Of a stretch of 30,692 nt of DNA, positions 7,428-15,629 are shown one piece after another. Each line of letters begins with the position of its first letter. Position 1 is the first letter of the stretch. The notes under the pieces are model-generated. The model made no database searches. It worked only from the letters and a program-made list of their open reading frames with translations, and was not told where the DNA came from. Position numbers and translations under genes: made by a program. This DNA comes from a virus: positions 1 to 30,692 of the IMG/VR virus record IMGVR_UViG_3300023197_000086. One strand, given 5' to 3'.

Positions 7428-7640
7428 TCACGTTTTCTGTTCGTAGGTTTCCTGCACCCGTTCGGCCAGCCAAAGCATCTGGTTGATTGTCTCTTGGTAA
7501 GGGACGTCTGACGAGTGGTCGATGACCTGTTGAGCGGATTCCGAAATCCACTTGCGATCGGACTCCGGCAAGTGGCGCCAGTAGCCGGCGATATGCTTCC
7601 AGCCGTCACAGATCCGTTGCGGTTCGCTCTTGCTTGCCAA
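7428..7640 (-). CDS. hypothetical protein (70 aa)
   Basis: TTG start preceded by the AAGGGGCTGAG motif. Confidence 0.6.
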   Translation of the reverse strand: MASKSEPQRICDGWKHIAGYWRHLPESDRKWISESAQQVIDHSSDVPYQETINQMLWLAERVQETYEQKT

Positions 7641-7664
7641 ACTCAGCCCCTTTGTCGAGACACC

Positions 7665-8114
7665 TTAGACGTTCATCGCCTCCCGCATCTTTCGCAATGC
7701 CTGACGATTCAAGTCGGACACCCGCGAGCCGGTGACGCCCAAAACCTCACCGGTCTGATCCACCGTTCGCAGATAGAACATGGACCACGTCTCATTGTCC
7801 CCCAGCCGGTCCAGGCCGAGCCGGTACCAGATCGACTCGTACTCACGCTGGGTCCAGATGTCGGGGCGGTGGCGGATGTGGTAGATGGCGTCGTTCACGA
7901 TCTGTTGGCTGAACTGCTTGACGGTGCGTGGATCGGGGGCATAATTGCGCGGCACGAAGGACTGGCCGGCTTCGGCCTGCATGCCGCGCTGCATAATGCG
8001 GTTGATGACCTCTTGGGGGTCGCCGTCCAAGTCATTCAGAAACTCGGACTCGGCTTGGGAGAACTGGCCGCGGAACAGCCAGAGGCCGTTCCGCTGCTCG
8101 ACGGTGACATACAT
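7665..8114 (-). CDS. protein with C-terminal sigma70 region-4-like HTH
   Basis: WTQREYESIWYRLGL..RTVDQTGEVLGVTGSRVSDLNRQALRKMR; GGAGG RBS. Confidence 0.8.
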   Translation of the reverse strand: MYVTVEQRNGLWLFRGQFSQAESEFLNDLDGDPQEVINRIMQRGMQAEAGQSFVPRNYAPDPRTVKQFSQQIVNDAIYHIRHRPDIWTQREYESIWYRLGLDRLGDNETWSMFYLRTVDQTGEVLGVTGSRVSDLNRQALRKMREAMNV

Positions 8115-8157
8115 GGTGGTGCCTCCTGCCATTAAGCCCCTCAACTGCCGACTGTCG

Positions 8158-8385
8158 TTACAAGAGCGGGTCCATGTCCAACGATAGCACACGTTCGCGA
8201 ATGGCGGCGCGTTGGTCGGGATCGCGTAACGAGTCTATCAGCGCCGACGCCTCTTGCGTCGACATGTCCTCGAGGTTGTCGCAGCCATGATAGCGTGCCA
8301 ACAGGCCGAGCGGAATCCGGTGCGCCCCTTGGTGGTGGCCGCACAGATCCTCGATAAACTTGACCTGCTTCGGCGTCGCCATCAC
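8158..8385 (-). CDS. small hypothetical protein (ATPKQ..EASALID motif)
   Basis: common phage helical motif ATPKQVKFI..MSTQEASALIDSL. Confidence 0.75.
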   Translation of the reverse strand: MMATPKQVKFIEDLCGHHQGAHRIPLGLLARYHGCDNLEDMSTQEASALIDSLRDPDQRAAIRERVLSLDMDPLL

Positions 8386-8675
8386 GCCTCGTCCTCTTCA
8401 GGCTCGCCGGGCAAGGGGAAATAACGCTCGTCGGGTCGGAAGCCCCACTCCGCACCGCATGTCGCTCGGTGCGGTCCGTCGTGCCCGTAAGGCATCTGGC
8501 AGAAGCACATGGCGCATCCGTCCTCATAGATCGTGCGACACAACCCGCGCATGCGAGCGCGGTCGGCTTGGATCAAGGTCGCTTCGTATGCCTGCTTCCG
8601 TTGCTCCAACTCGGGCTCGGGCATGGTGGAAGGGTACGCGTTCTCGTAGTGATTCTCAACCCCCACGGTCATCAC
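8382..8675 (-). CDS. hypothetical protein, Cys/His motif
   Basis: C..C..GHDGPH; overlaps the next gene. Confidence 0.6.
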   Translation of the reverse strand: MMTVGVENHYENAYPSTMPEPELEQRKQAYEATLIQADRARMRGLCRTIYEDGCAMCFCQMPYGHDGPHRATCGAEWGFRPDERYFPLPGEPEEDEA

Positions 8676-8714
8676 TGCGGCAACGAGTAGACGTGCCAGC
8701 CACCCAGCGTGGCC

Positions 8715-9068
8715 TCATCCATCGCGGCCCACCCCGTTGCACTTCGAGCGGCTCACCCACATGTCGCGGGTCACGTCGGGCCGACAGGCGCCGCACTCCT
8801 GCGTGGGCATGTCGTAGAGATGACCATCCGTGCAGCGGTGCCCGATCACTTCGTCACCCGGCGGCCCTTGGTTGAGCGCATAGAGGCTCGTCTCCCACGC
8901 GAGCCGGGCCTTGGCCGACAGACGCGAGATGTAGACCCACATGACGGCCACGGCGAACGCGAGGAGCGAGAACGTGCCTGCCGCCCACAACCCTGCCGTG
9001 CGCCCCGTCTGAATCAGGAGTCCCGCCAATCCGATCAGAACGACGGTTTGTATTAAACGCTGTATCAT
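8715..9068 (-). CDS. membrane protein (2 TM) with C-terminal Cys cluster
   Basis: two hydrophobic helices; CTDGH..CGAC. Confidence 0.65.
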   Translation of the reverse strand: MIQRLIQTVVLIGLAGLLIQTGRTAGLWAAGTFSLLAFAVAVMWVYISRLSAKARLAWETSLYALNQGPPGDEVIGHRCTDGHLYDMPTQECGACRPDVTRDMWVSRSKCNGVGRDG

Positions 9069-9154
9069 AGTGGCACCCTACGCGGAGTCTTTGAGATCGT
9101 CAACCCCTTGTTGCACAATGATCGTGACTGGCATCTTCCAAGGGGTGATCTTTC

Positions 9155-9487
9155 ATGAAACGACTGCGACCGCTTCTGATCGGTGTCGCTGCGGGCCTTC
9201 TCATCGCCGCAGCGGTGGTGATGATCCAGTCACAGAATGAGCCCAGCCCGGAGGAGGAGGCGATTCATGCGGCGAAGACATTCCTGTATCGGCGGCTCGA
9301 GGCCGGTCGCGCCTCCGTGGAGAAATTCGAGCGGGTCGAAGTCGTCTACTACGGCGAGAAGGTTTGTGTGAAAGGCCATTATCTGACGGAGTGGAACCGT
9401 GGTCGCTTTACAGCCCACATGACCGACTTGGGTACCGAATATCGGTTGGAGATGTTCGACTGGTATTTGAGTTGTCCGAGGGGTTGA
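9155..9487 (+). CDS. small membrane-anchored/exported protein
   Basis: MKRLRPLLIGVAAGLLIAAAVVMI signal anchor; GGGGTGA RBS; lone plus-strand gene in this arm. Confidence 0.7.
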   Translation: MKRLRPLLIGVAAGLLIAAAVVMIQSQNEPSPEEEAIHAAKTFLYRRLEAGRASVEKFERVEVVYYGEKVCVKGHYLTEWNRGRFTAHMTDLGTEYRLEMFDWYLSCPRG

Positions 9488-9585
9488 CCAAAGCAGAACG
9501 GAGCCTCGACGTTTGCCGAGACCCCGTTCTGAGCCGATTGCCGAATGGTCAGGGGTGTGCTTAGGTTGCCCGTAGGGTAAACGAT

Positions 9586-9927
9586 CTAGGAGGGATTGTC
9601 AACCCTCCAAGGCTCGACGCCTTGCCACTCGCCCGTCCCTTGAGACTCCAGCAGGTTTGCGTCATAGCTCGTCCATTCATACGAGAAGGAACGTAGGGCC
9701 GGTATCTGATTGTGGCGCTTGATCCCCTGACGGATCGACTTGGCGCAACGATCGCAGAGGACGAACTCAATGGGCCCCAACCGCAGCTTCCAGGCCGGGT
9801 CATTCGGGCACCGGTGTAGTCGTTGACGCCAGTCGCGGACGTCGGCCTGACACTCCGCGCACTCGGTCGGCAGATATTGCGTCTCTAGAACCGGATCTTC
9901 GTTCCGTGACGGCCAGGACTTATGCAC
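9586..9927 (-). CDS. hypothetical zinc-binding protein
   Basis: CAEC..CDRC. Confidence 0.55.
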   Translation of the reverse strand: MHKSWPSRNEDPVLETQYLPTECAECQADVRDWRQRLHRCPNDPAWKLRLGPIEFVLCDRCAKSIRQGIKRHNQIPALRSFSYEWTSYDANLLESQGTGEWQGVEPWRVDNPS

Positions 9928-9998
9928 GACATATGGGGGTGCTGTGCGACAAGTGGATCTCAGAGATCGCCGGATCGTCGTGGACGGTGAAGATAACG

Positions 9999-10214
9999 TT
10001 ACCCAACGTCACTCTCCCAGTCCCCCTCTTTTTTAATGTTGTACTGACGGCGCAGCTCTGCCTGCTCGTCCTCGGTGAGGCCGCGCAACACGTCCCGGTC
10101 CTCGATCGCAAACTCCCGCGTCTCACGATGTCGGTAGACGAGATAGCCGTTCACCACGGTGACCGGCTTCCACACGTCGTCGTGGCTTGTCCTACTGTGA
10201 CCCATAGCTATCAA
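9999..10214 (-). CDS. hypothetical protein (71 aa)
   Basis: overlaps the kinase stop codon. Confidence 0.6.
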   Translation of the reverse strand: MIAMGHSRTSHDDVWKPVTVVNGYLVYRHRETREFAIEDRDVLRGLTEDEQAELRRQYNIKKEGDWESDVG

Positions 10215-10795
10215 GCGTAAGTTAATGCCGGGTCCAAATCGGCCAATCGTGTTCGGATGCTCTCCCGAAGCTCGGCCAGCGACCCGTCGTTGGCGATCAT
10301 GTCGTCGAAGGGGTAGTTCTCAGGATGGAGCGAGTTCTCGCTCACATGGCCCTGTCCGGTCCCGGCTCCGGCATCCGGGCGGTCCACCCACCAGACCTGA
10401 CCGCCGAGGTCATGCCGGATCATCTCGGCCTCGTTGACGAAGCGCAGATCGCTCACCACCCAGCTGAGGGCGGCGTTGGCGACGATGCGGCGTTGGGTCC
10501 AATAGATCCACGTCTCGGTGTGGATCTGGCGGGCGACCTCGGTGCCGAAGCGTTGGGCGATGACGCGGGGCGAGAGCCCCCAGCGCGGATCGACGACCTC
10601 TTTCAGGTCGCCGTACATCTGCTCGTAGGTGAGATCATAGATGAGCATGAGGGACCGTTTGAGCGGATCGGCAAATTCGGTCTTGTTCCAGCGAGCCCAT
10701 CCATCCGTGACGCCCTCGAGGACCACGTCCTGCCCGACCGTGTCCTTACCGGCGCGAGCGAGCCCGGCGATGCCGATCACGATCTGGCGACTCAT
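10211..10795 (-). CDS. deoxynucleoside monophosphate kinase (phage type)
   Basis: IGIAGLARAGKDTVG P-loop, FADPLK, PRVIAQRFGTE, VVSDLRFVNE, HVSE. Confidence 0.92.
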   Translation of the reverse strand: MSRQIVIGIAGLARAGKDTVGQDVVLEGVTDGWARWNKTEFADPLKRSLMLIYDLTYEQMYGDLKEVVDPRWGLSPRVIAQRFGTEVARQIHTETWIYWTQRRIVANAALSWVVSDLRFVNEAEMIRHDLGGQVWWVDRPDAGAGTGQGHVSENSLHPENYPFDDMIANDGSLAELRESIRTRLADLDPALTYA

Positions 10796-10801
10796 AAGGA
10801 A

Positions 10802-11464
10802 TCAGCCCCTCTGTGACAACGACTCAACGCCCTCCAGACTATGGAGGGTACGGAACGCCAACCGCAGCACCGTGCCGTCCTTGGTGGTGCCGTGCTGCCA
10901 CTCCACGTCGCTCACCACCACCGGTCCCTTGACACGGCCGTTGCAGAGCAGGGAGAGATCGATAGACTCGCCGCGTAGCAACTGACCGCGATAGGCCACG
11001 AATGTGGTGACGTCCGTGATCTCAAGCGTGCCAGACCACATGACCTCCTGATCGACAGACTCGCCGATCGGGTGCTCCTGAACCGCTTTTCCGTGACCCA
11101 TCTCCCGCCCGCACTCGCGGCAGTAGTAGGCGGTGGAGGGCGAGCCCTCGGCATCCAAAACATTCGACATGTAGGGCTCATGGAAACGGGGATCGAAGTC
11201 GTGGTCCTCTGAATCGTCCTCGAAAAAGCCTGTCGGCAAAGGCGTGGCCCGCAGCTCGGATTGGCCGACGAGCGCGTATTGGGTATGGCCAATCTTGCAG
11301 GACGGGCACGCCCAGTAGTAGTCAGCCAACGGCGGGCGCTCGTAGTAGTCAGTGATGTGCTTGATCAGGTGGAGGCGAGAGAACGGATCGTCCGCCTCCC
11401 CTTTGACAATTATGTCCTGTTGCGTTGTGTGGGCAAACGTCCCGAACGAGGCTCCTGTGATCAA
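10802..11464 (-). CDS. hypothetical protein with CxxC..CxxC zinc ribbon
   Basis: GAGGAG RBS before TTG 11464; CPSC..CREC. Confidence 0.65.
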   Translation of the reverse strand: MITGASFGTFAHTTQQDIIVKGEADDPFSRLHLIKHITDYYERPPLADYYWACPSCKIGHTQYALVGQSELRATPLPTGFFEDDSEDHDFDPRFHEPYMSNVLDAEGSPSTAYYCRECGREMGHGKAVQEHPIGESVDQEVMWSGTLEITDVTTFVAYRGQLLRGESIDLSLLCNGRVKGPVVVSDVEWQHGTTKDGTVLRLAFRTLHSLEGVESLSQRG

Positions 11465-11838
11465 GTCTCCTCGTCCTCCTCGAGCAAGACGAACTCCTCG
11501 ATCTGGCCTATCTGCATGGAGTCCTCGCCGCACTCGCCGCACGTCGGCCACTCGAAGTCGGGATCCTCGCAGCCGTTGTCGCAGTAGACGCTTTTCACGG
11601 CGGCGATGTAGCCGCTACCTCGCGAGTTGACCCCAAACAGGCCGTTGATCAGCCCGAGCAAGCCGACCATGTAGTGCTTCGGGGAATCGGTTGCCCCGAC
11701 CTGAATCGTCGGATGCTCGGCCATCGACTCGTTCGTCGGCACACGGGTTTCGACAAGCTGGGTGACCGCCTCGGGGTCGGCCGCCACAGCCTCGTTTAAC
11801 AAGTGGATGGCGTCGAAGGCGTCAATTGTCTCGCTCAT
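11461..11838 (-). CDS. conserved phage hypothetical protein
   Basis: LNEAVAADPEAV..LVETRVP.NE.MAEHPTIQV..VGLLGLINGLFG; GGAGG RBS. Confidence 0.8.
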   Translation of the reverse strand: MSETIDAFDAIHLLNEAVAADPEAVTQLVETRVPTNESMAEHPTIQVGATDSPKHYMVGLLGLINGLFGVNSRGSGYIAAVKSVYCDNGCEDPDFEWPTCGECGEDSMQIGQIEEFVLLEEDEET

Positions 11839-12019
11839 GGTCAATAACCTCCCCGCGTTCGCTCAACCAGATGTCTTCGTAGACACAGTAGAGAACCATT
11901 TCGTCCGCAACCGGGAAGAACCCGGCGCCCAACACAAGCGCAGCATCTACGCGACGAATGCTGGCCAACTCCGTGCCGCAATATGGACAGAACACCATGG
12001 CCGCCGCTGTCGCCGGCAT
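11822..12019 (-). CDS. small zinc-ribbon protein
   Basis: FCPYCG; GGGGTGA RBS. Confidence 0.55.
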   Translation of the reverse strand: MPATAAAMVFCPYCGTELASIRRVDAALVLGAGFFPVADEMVLYCVYEDIWLSERGEVIDHERDN

Positions 12020-12031
12020 CGTCGTCACCCC

Positions 12032-12056
12032 TTGACGATACAAGTGAGATCGTCAA
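12032..12056. promoter_or_regulatory. palindromic operator TTGACGAT-N9-ATCGTCAA
   Basis: perfect palindrome with the same arms as 15334-15358. Confidence 0.65.
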
Positions 12057-12158
12057 GGGTAACCCTAACATGATCGCCCAGGGTGGGCAAGGACGGGGAA
12101 GGGCGATGCGTTCTGTTGTATATCACGACAGTTTGCCCTTCCCCGCCTGTGCCTCCTC

Positions 12159-13400
12159 TTACGCCGCGACGGTTGCCGGTGCTTCGGCCTCGACACGCGG
12201 CAACAGCTCGCGGATTTCGTCGTCGTCCACGTCCGATGTCCGGTCGGACTCCATAAAGCGCCAGCGCTGCCACAGCGCCCTTATCAGGCGCGAGGATGTG
12301 TTGCGGGAGGCGGTGTTGCGGACGTGGTCCGGGTTGCCGAAGAGGCTCTTGCAGTGCTCGCAGCGCCACACCGGATACGCCTTGCCGGTCTCCTCGTCGG
12401 TGTGACCGAGGTAGGCCCACCCTCCGGCATAGTTACTCTCACACTGGCGACACTTCTTCTGGCGACAGGTCGCACAGACGGCAGGCGGCTCGTCGGTGTA
12501 GCGATCGAGCCGATCCAGGCGCACCCGCTCCTTCTCCGCGTCGAGCAGATCCTTGAACGGCCCCATCTTGCCCCGCCCGTGTGAGCCTCTGCCGACGGAC
12601 TGCATCCAGTCCTGAAGGACGAGGGCCTTGCGCATCTGGTTGATGTTGACGTTCCCGCCGCGCTGCACGCGCTCGGCCACGACCTCCCCGTTGATGGTGT
12701 TGGTGGTGACGCCGAGCCACGCTTGCAGCGCCTCGGGGGTAGGGAAGCAGTCGATGCCGCGAGCCTCTTGCACCGTGGTCCGCTGCGTGCCGAAGGCGAT
12801 CGCTTCGTCGACGGGCTCCTCGTCGCACGGGCAGCTTTCGTAAGGCTTATCGTGCTGCACGCACATCAGCTTGCGCTGCCCGCCGATTTCGCCGATCAGC
12901 GCCGCCGGGATGTAGAGGTCGCCGGAGGTGCCGAACATGGCGCTGAAGAAGCCGTCCCACAGCGGATCGTCCTTGACAAACGCCTTCATCCGCTTGACGA
13001 GATAGCTTTTGCGCTCCTCCTCGATCCGATTACGGATCTCGGCGTGCATGCCGGAGAGCACGTCGCCGTCCTCGAGCGAGAGCAGCAGGGCCGACCGATC
13101 GCTGAACGAGCGGTCCAGTGCCACACGGCTTTGCACCCATTTCTTCGCGGCCCGCGAATACTGGCGCATCTTGAGCCGATGGCGCAGAAGCGGGTCTTCC
13201 GGGAAGCCGGAGAAGTCGCCTCGGAGGAAGGCATTGAAGAACGTCTTGGGATCGTTTTGCCAGTGATCCGGGTGGAGGTTGATGGCCCAGATCCACTCAG
13301 TGTAGTGGGCGGCGCACAGCGTCGCCGCCTTCGGCATCACTTTGCTCGTCTGGTAGCTGTTGGTCTTGCTGGCCGAGCACTGCATCCGATCGCACCCCAT
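12159..13400 (-). CDS. Nop-domain RNA-binding protein (TasA-like; IS110 C-terminal/Nop fold) with zinc-finger insertions
   Basis: AAGGAG RBS; coiled-coil followed by DDPLWDGFFSAMFG..PAALIGEIG..IDCFPTPEALQAWLGV..RGGNVNINQMRK..FKDLLDAEKER..HVRNTASRNTSSRLIRALWQRWR; no RuvC or HNH motif seen; adjacent to the stem-loop array. Confidence 0.8.
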   Translation of the reverse strand: MGCDRMQCSASKTNSYQTSKVMPKAATLCAAHYTEWIWAINLHPDHWQNDPKTFFNAFLRGDFSGFPEDPLLRHRLKMRQYSRAAKKWVQSRVALDRSFSDRSALLLSLEDGDVLSGMHAEIRNRIEEERKSYLVKRMKAFVKDDPLWDGFFSAMFGTSGDLYIPAALIGEIGGQRKLMCVQHDKPYESCPCDEEPVDEAIAFGTQRTTVQEARGIDCFPTPEALQAWLGVTTNTINGEVVAERVQRGGNVNINQMRKALVLQDWMQSVGRGSHGRGKMGPFKDLLDAEKERVRLDRLDRYTDEPPAVCATCRQKKCRQCESNYAGGWAYLGHTDEETGKAYPVWRCEHCKSLFGNPDHVRNTASRNTSSRLIRALWQRWRFMESDRTSDVDDDEIRELLPRVEAEAPATVAA

Positions 13401-13418
13401 GTGGGTGACTCTCCTTTC

Positions 13419-14311
13419 TCGGCGAGGCCGGGTGACATTGTTGCTTATAGATCCCATCGGTTCACCCGGCCTGCCGATCAACCTGCAAGGGTGCGGCGAT
13501 AAGGATCGTTGTAGACACAAATAATTAGCCGCACCCTCGCAATCCTCGCGGTGGGAGCGATCCGTAAAATTGTAGATCCGAGCAATTCACTCCCACAGCC
13601 GTACAACGACGCGGGCGTGGCGATGACGCGACTTATGGACCGAGCTCTTTTGCCACGCCCGCAATCTCCGACGGGGCGATCCTATAACTTTTGTATGGAG
13701 GGGTTCGCCCCCCCGCCGCTGGCACCGTCCGACAACGCACCGGGCCGGTGGGACACGTTGTATGGGCGACCTCTGGAATAACCGGCCCGGAATCTCGAAG
13801 GGGCGGTGTGTACCTCGTTTGTTTTGGATCGCTTCCATTCAAACCGCCCCTCCCATCGCTCGGCGGGGAGGGATGGCGAATATTTTGGATAGAGCAGGTT
13901 CCCTCCCCGCCGGCATCGCCGAGGGGAGGACGATGGAGTCGGTAAGCCACCATGCCAGTTTGCCCTCCCCTCGAATCGCGGCGGCGCGGCGGATGCCGCC
14001 AGTTCTCGACAGACCTAATTGCCGCGCCGCGCATATCGCATCGACGGATGGGAGGGGACGAGGGTACTTTTAGATACATTGCATATCCCTCCCATCCGTC
14101 GCATCTCCTTTCGTCGGCGGAGCCGGGTCGATCAGGCCGTTTTTGGACGCTCCCTTTTCGACCCGGCTCCGTCCGCTTCGATCGCAGGGCCGGTGGGCGG
14201 CAATACCACCTGTTCTGGATTCGGATCGTCTGCCGCCCACCGACCCGCCTATCACCGGGCGGGGTGGTGATTGCTAACGTTATAGATAAGCTCATTTTAC
14301 CAACCCGCCCG
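13419..14311 (-). ncRNA. stem-loop dual-spacer guide RNA array (TIGR-like), 14 units
   Basis: 14 GC-rich hairpins at ~60-75 nt period; most loops read AA-N8-RTC-nAn-AA-N8-RTC; G-U wobbles favour the minus strand. Confidence 0.88.
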
Positions 14312-14317
14312 ACATGC

Positions 14318-15265
14318 CTATTTCCGATCGGGGAAGTCGAGCCCGCGCAGGTGGCGGGCTGCGGTCTTCGCATCGTTGGTGTCGAGCCAACCGCTTTGCG
14401 ACAGCTCGTCCGCGGTGGCGGCGTAGCGGCGAGCCGTATCGAGGTCGTTGTCCTTGGCGTGGCGGGCGGCACTGTCGGCCAGCCGTTCCACGCGCCCGAC
14501 AATCTCCTGCGAGATCGACGTGCGCATCACGTCGTCAAAGGTCTCGAGCGGCAGGTCTGCCATCTCCTCGTCGATAAATCGCTGCAACAACCGGTCAAAG
14601 CCCTTTACGTCATCGGCCTCTGGCTGGCTGGTGAACATGTGCTCGGCTGCGGCGGGGATGAACGGTCGTGCGAGGGAGCCAAGGGCGTACTGCTTCATCC
14701 CGACCAGCTGCGCACGCTCCTTGGCCACGGCCTGCCAGTTCTCGCGGCGCGGACCGAGCCTCTCCATCCACTCCTGGGTCAGCCGACTGTGGCTGATGAG
14801 CCAACCCGGATAGATCAGGTTGCGCAGCGCGTACTTGGGCGTGATCTGGTAAGGCAACGAGGTGTTGGCGATCGCTTCGCCAAGGTTGTTGCCGGCGTAA
14901 AAGAACCACGATCGGAACAGCCAGTACGATTCGTTGGCCCGGGCAAAGTAACCGTTGCTCGCCCCGGCGTTGTCGATGGCGAGATGGGCCATCGCCTCTT
15001 CCTTGCTGTAGCCCGACATCTTGAACGCATTGACATGGGTGATCCCCGCCTGATCCAAGATGTAGATGCGGCTCTCCCCGGTCTCGACGATCTTGGTCCC
15101 GTCCGGCAGCTCCAATATGGTCGGCGGGTTGATCCACGCCCGCCCGATGCGCTGCTCGTTCGCAAGGTTGCGCAGCTGCCGTTCATCCTTCACCAGCGCG
15201 TTGATGTTGAGCGGGTTGTAGATGAGCTCAGCTATTGGATAGTTCGTGAGGTCATGGAACCGCAA
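14318..15265 (-). CDS. ParB/Srx-like N-terminal domain protein
   Basis: PIAELIYNPLN..LRNLA..INPPTILELPDGTKIVETGESRI..AGITHV..AIDN matches the ParB pattern including GxxR; AAGGGGCTGAG motif upstream. Confidence 0.75.
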   Translation of the reverse strand: MRFHDLTNYPIAELIYNPLNINALVKDERQLRNLANEQRIGRAWINPPTILELPDGTKIVETGESRIYILDQAGITHVNAFKMSGYSKEEAMAHLAIDNAGASNGYFARANESYWLFRSWFFYAGNNLGEAIANTSLPYQITPKYALRNLIYPGWLISHSRLTQEWMERLGPRRENWQAVAKERAQLVGMKQYALGSLARPFIPAAAEHMFTSQPEADDVKGFDRLLQRFIDEEMADLPLETFDDVMRTSISQEIVGRVERLADSAARHAKDNDLDTARRYAATADELSQSGWLDTNDAKTAARHLRGLDFPDRK

Positions 15266-15333
15266 GTGTGACTCAGCCCCTTTCGTGAATGGTCTCCTGC
15301 TACCTATCCCACCCCCCCCGCCTGCGTCGGCGG

Positions 15334-15372
15334 TTGACGATCACGATAACATCGTCAAGCCCCAAGTGTCAA
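15334..15372 (-). promoter_or_regulatory. promoter of the parB-array-tas unit with palindromic operator
   Basis: TTGACA(15372-15367)-18nt-TATCGT(15348-15343); TTGACGAT-N9-ATCGTCAA at 15334-15358 overlaps the -10. Confidence 0.6.
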
Positions 15373-15551
15373 CATCTTTGTCATGCTCTCACATGTGATA
15401 GTGTAGCACGGTTAATAAAGGGCAGCGGTCAGTCTGCGCCTCGGAGTCCCTAGCCTTGCCCGGGAAAGGCGGTGTCAATCAATTAATGGCCCCTGAATAG
15501 GCTCCGTCAAGCCGCTCGGCAGACGCCCTCAGCACGACACGACTGAGGGCA

Positions 15552-15580
15552 TTGACACAGGATAGTTGGAGTGATACCCT
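15552..15580 (+). promoter_or_regulatory. putative sigma70 promoter
   Basis: TTGACA-17nt-TACCCT with TG element. Confidence 0.5.
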
Positions 15581-15629
15581 CTGGGTCACTATGCACATCT
15601 CGGCGCGTTGTCAACACGGAGAGAACCTG

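Noticed and set aside
12159-13400. IS110 transposase
   Set aside because: No N-terminal DEDD RuvC domain and no SG catalytic-serine motif seen; the neighbour is a multi-unit array rather than a single bridge RNA
13401-13520. ORF-track N-terminal extension of the Nop-domain gene
   Set aside because: It overlaps the last two array units; the AAGGAG RBS supports ATG 13400
13419-14311. CRISPR array or REP/BIME cluster
   Set aside because: No identical direct repeats, no ~30-nt spacers and no cas genes; the stems differ in sequence and the conserved part lies in the loop
13633-14502. 289-aa minus-strand ORF and 439-aa plus-strand ORF (13952-15271) over the array
   Set aside because: Pro/Arg/Gly-rich shadow frames with no RBS; explained by the GC-rich hairpins and the antisense of the ParB-like gene
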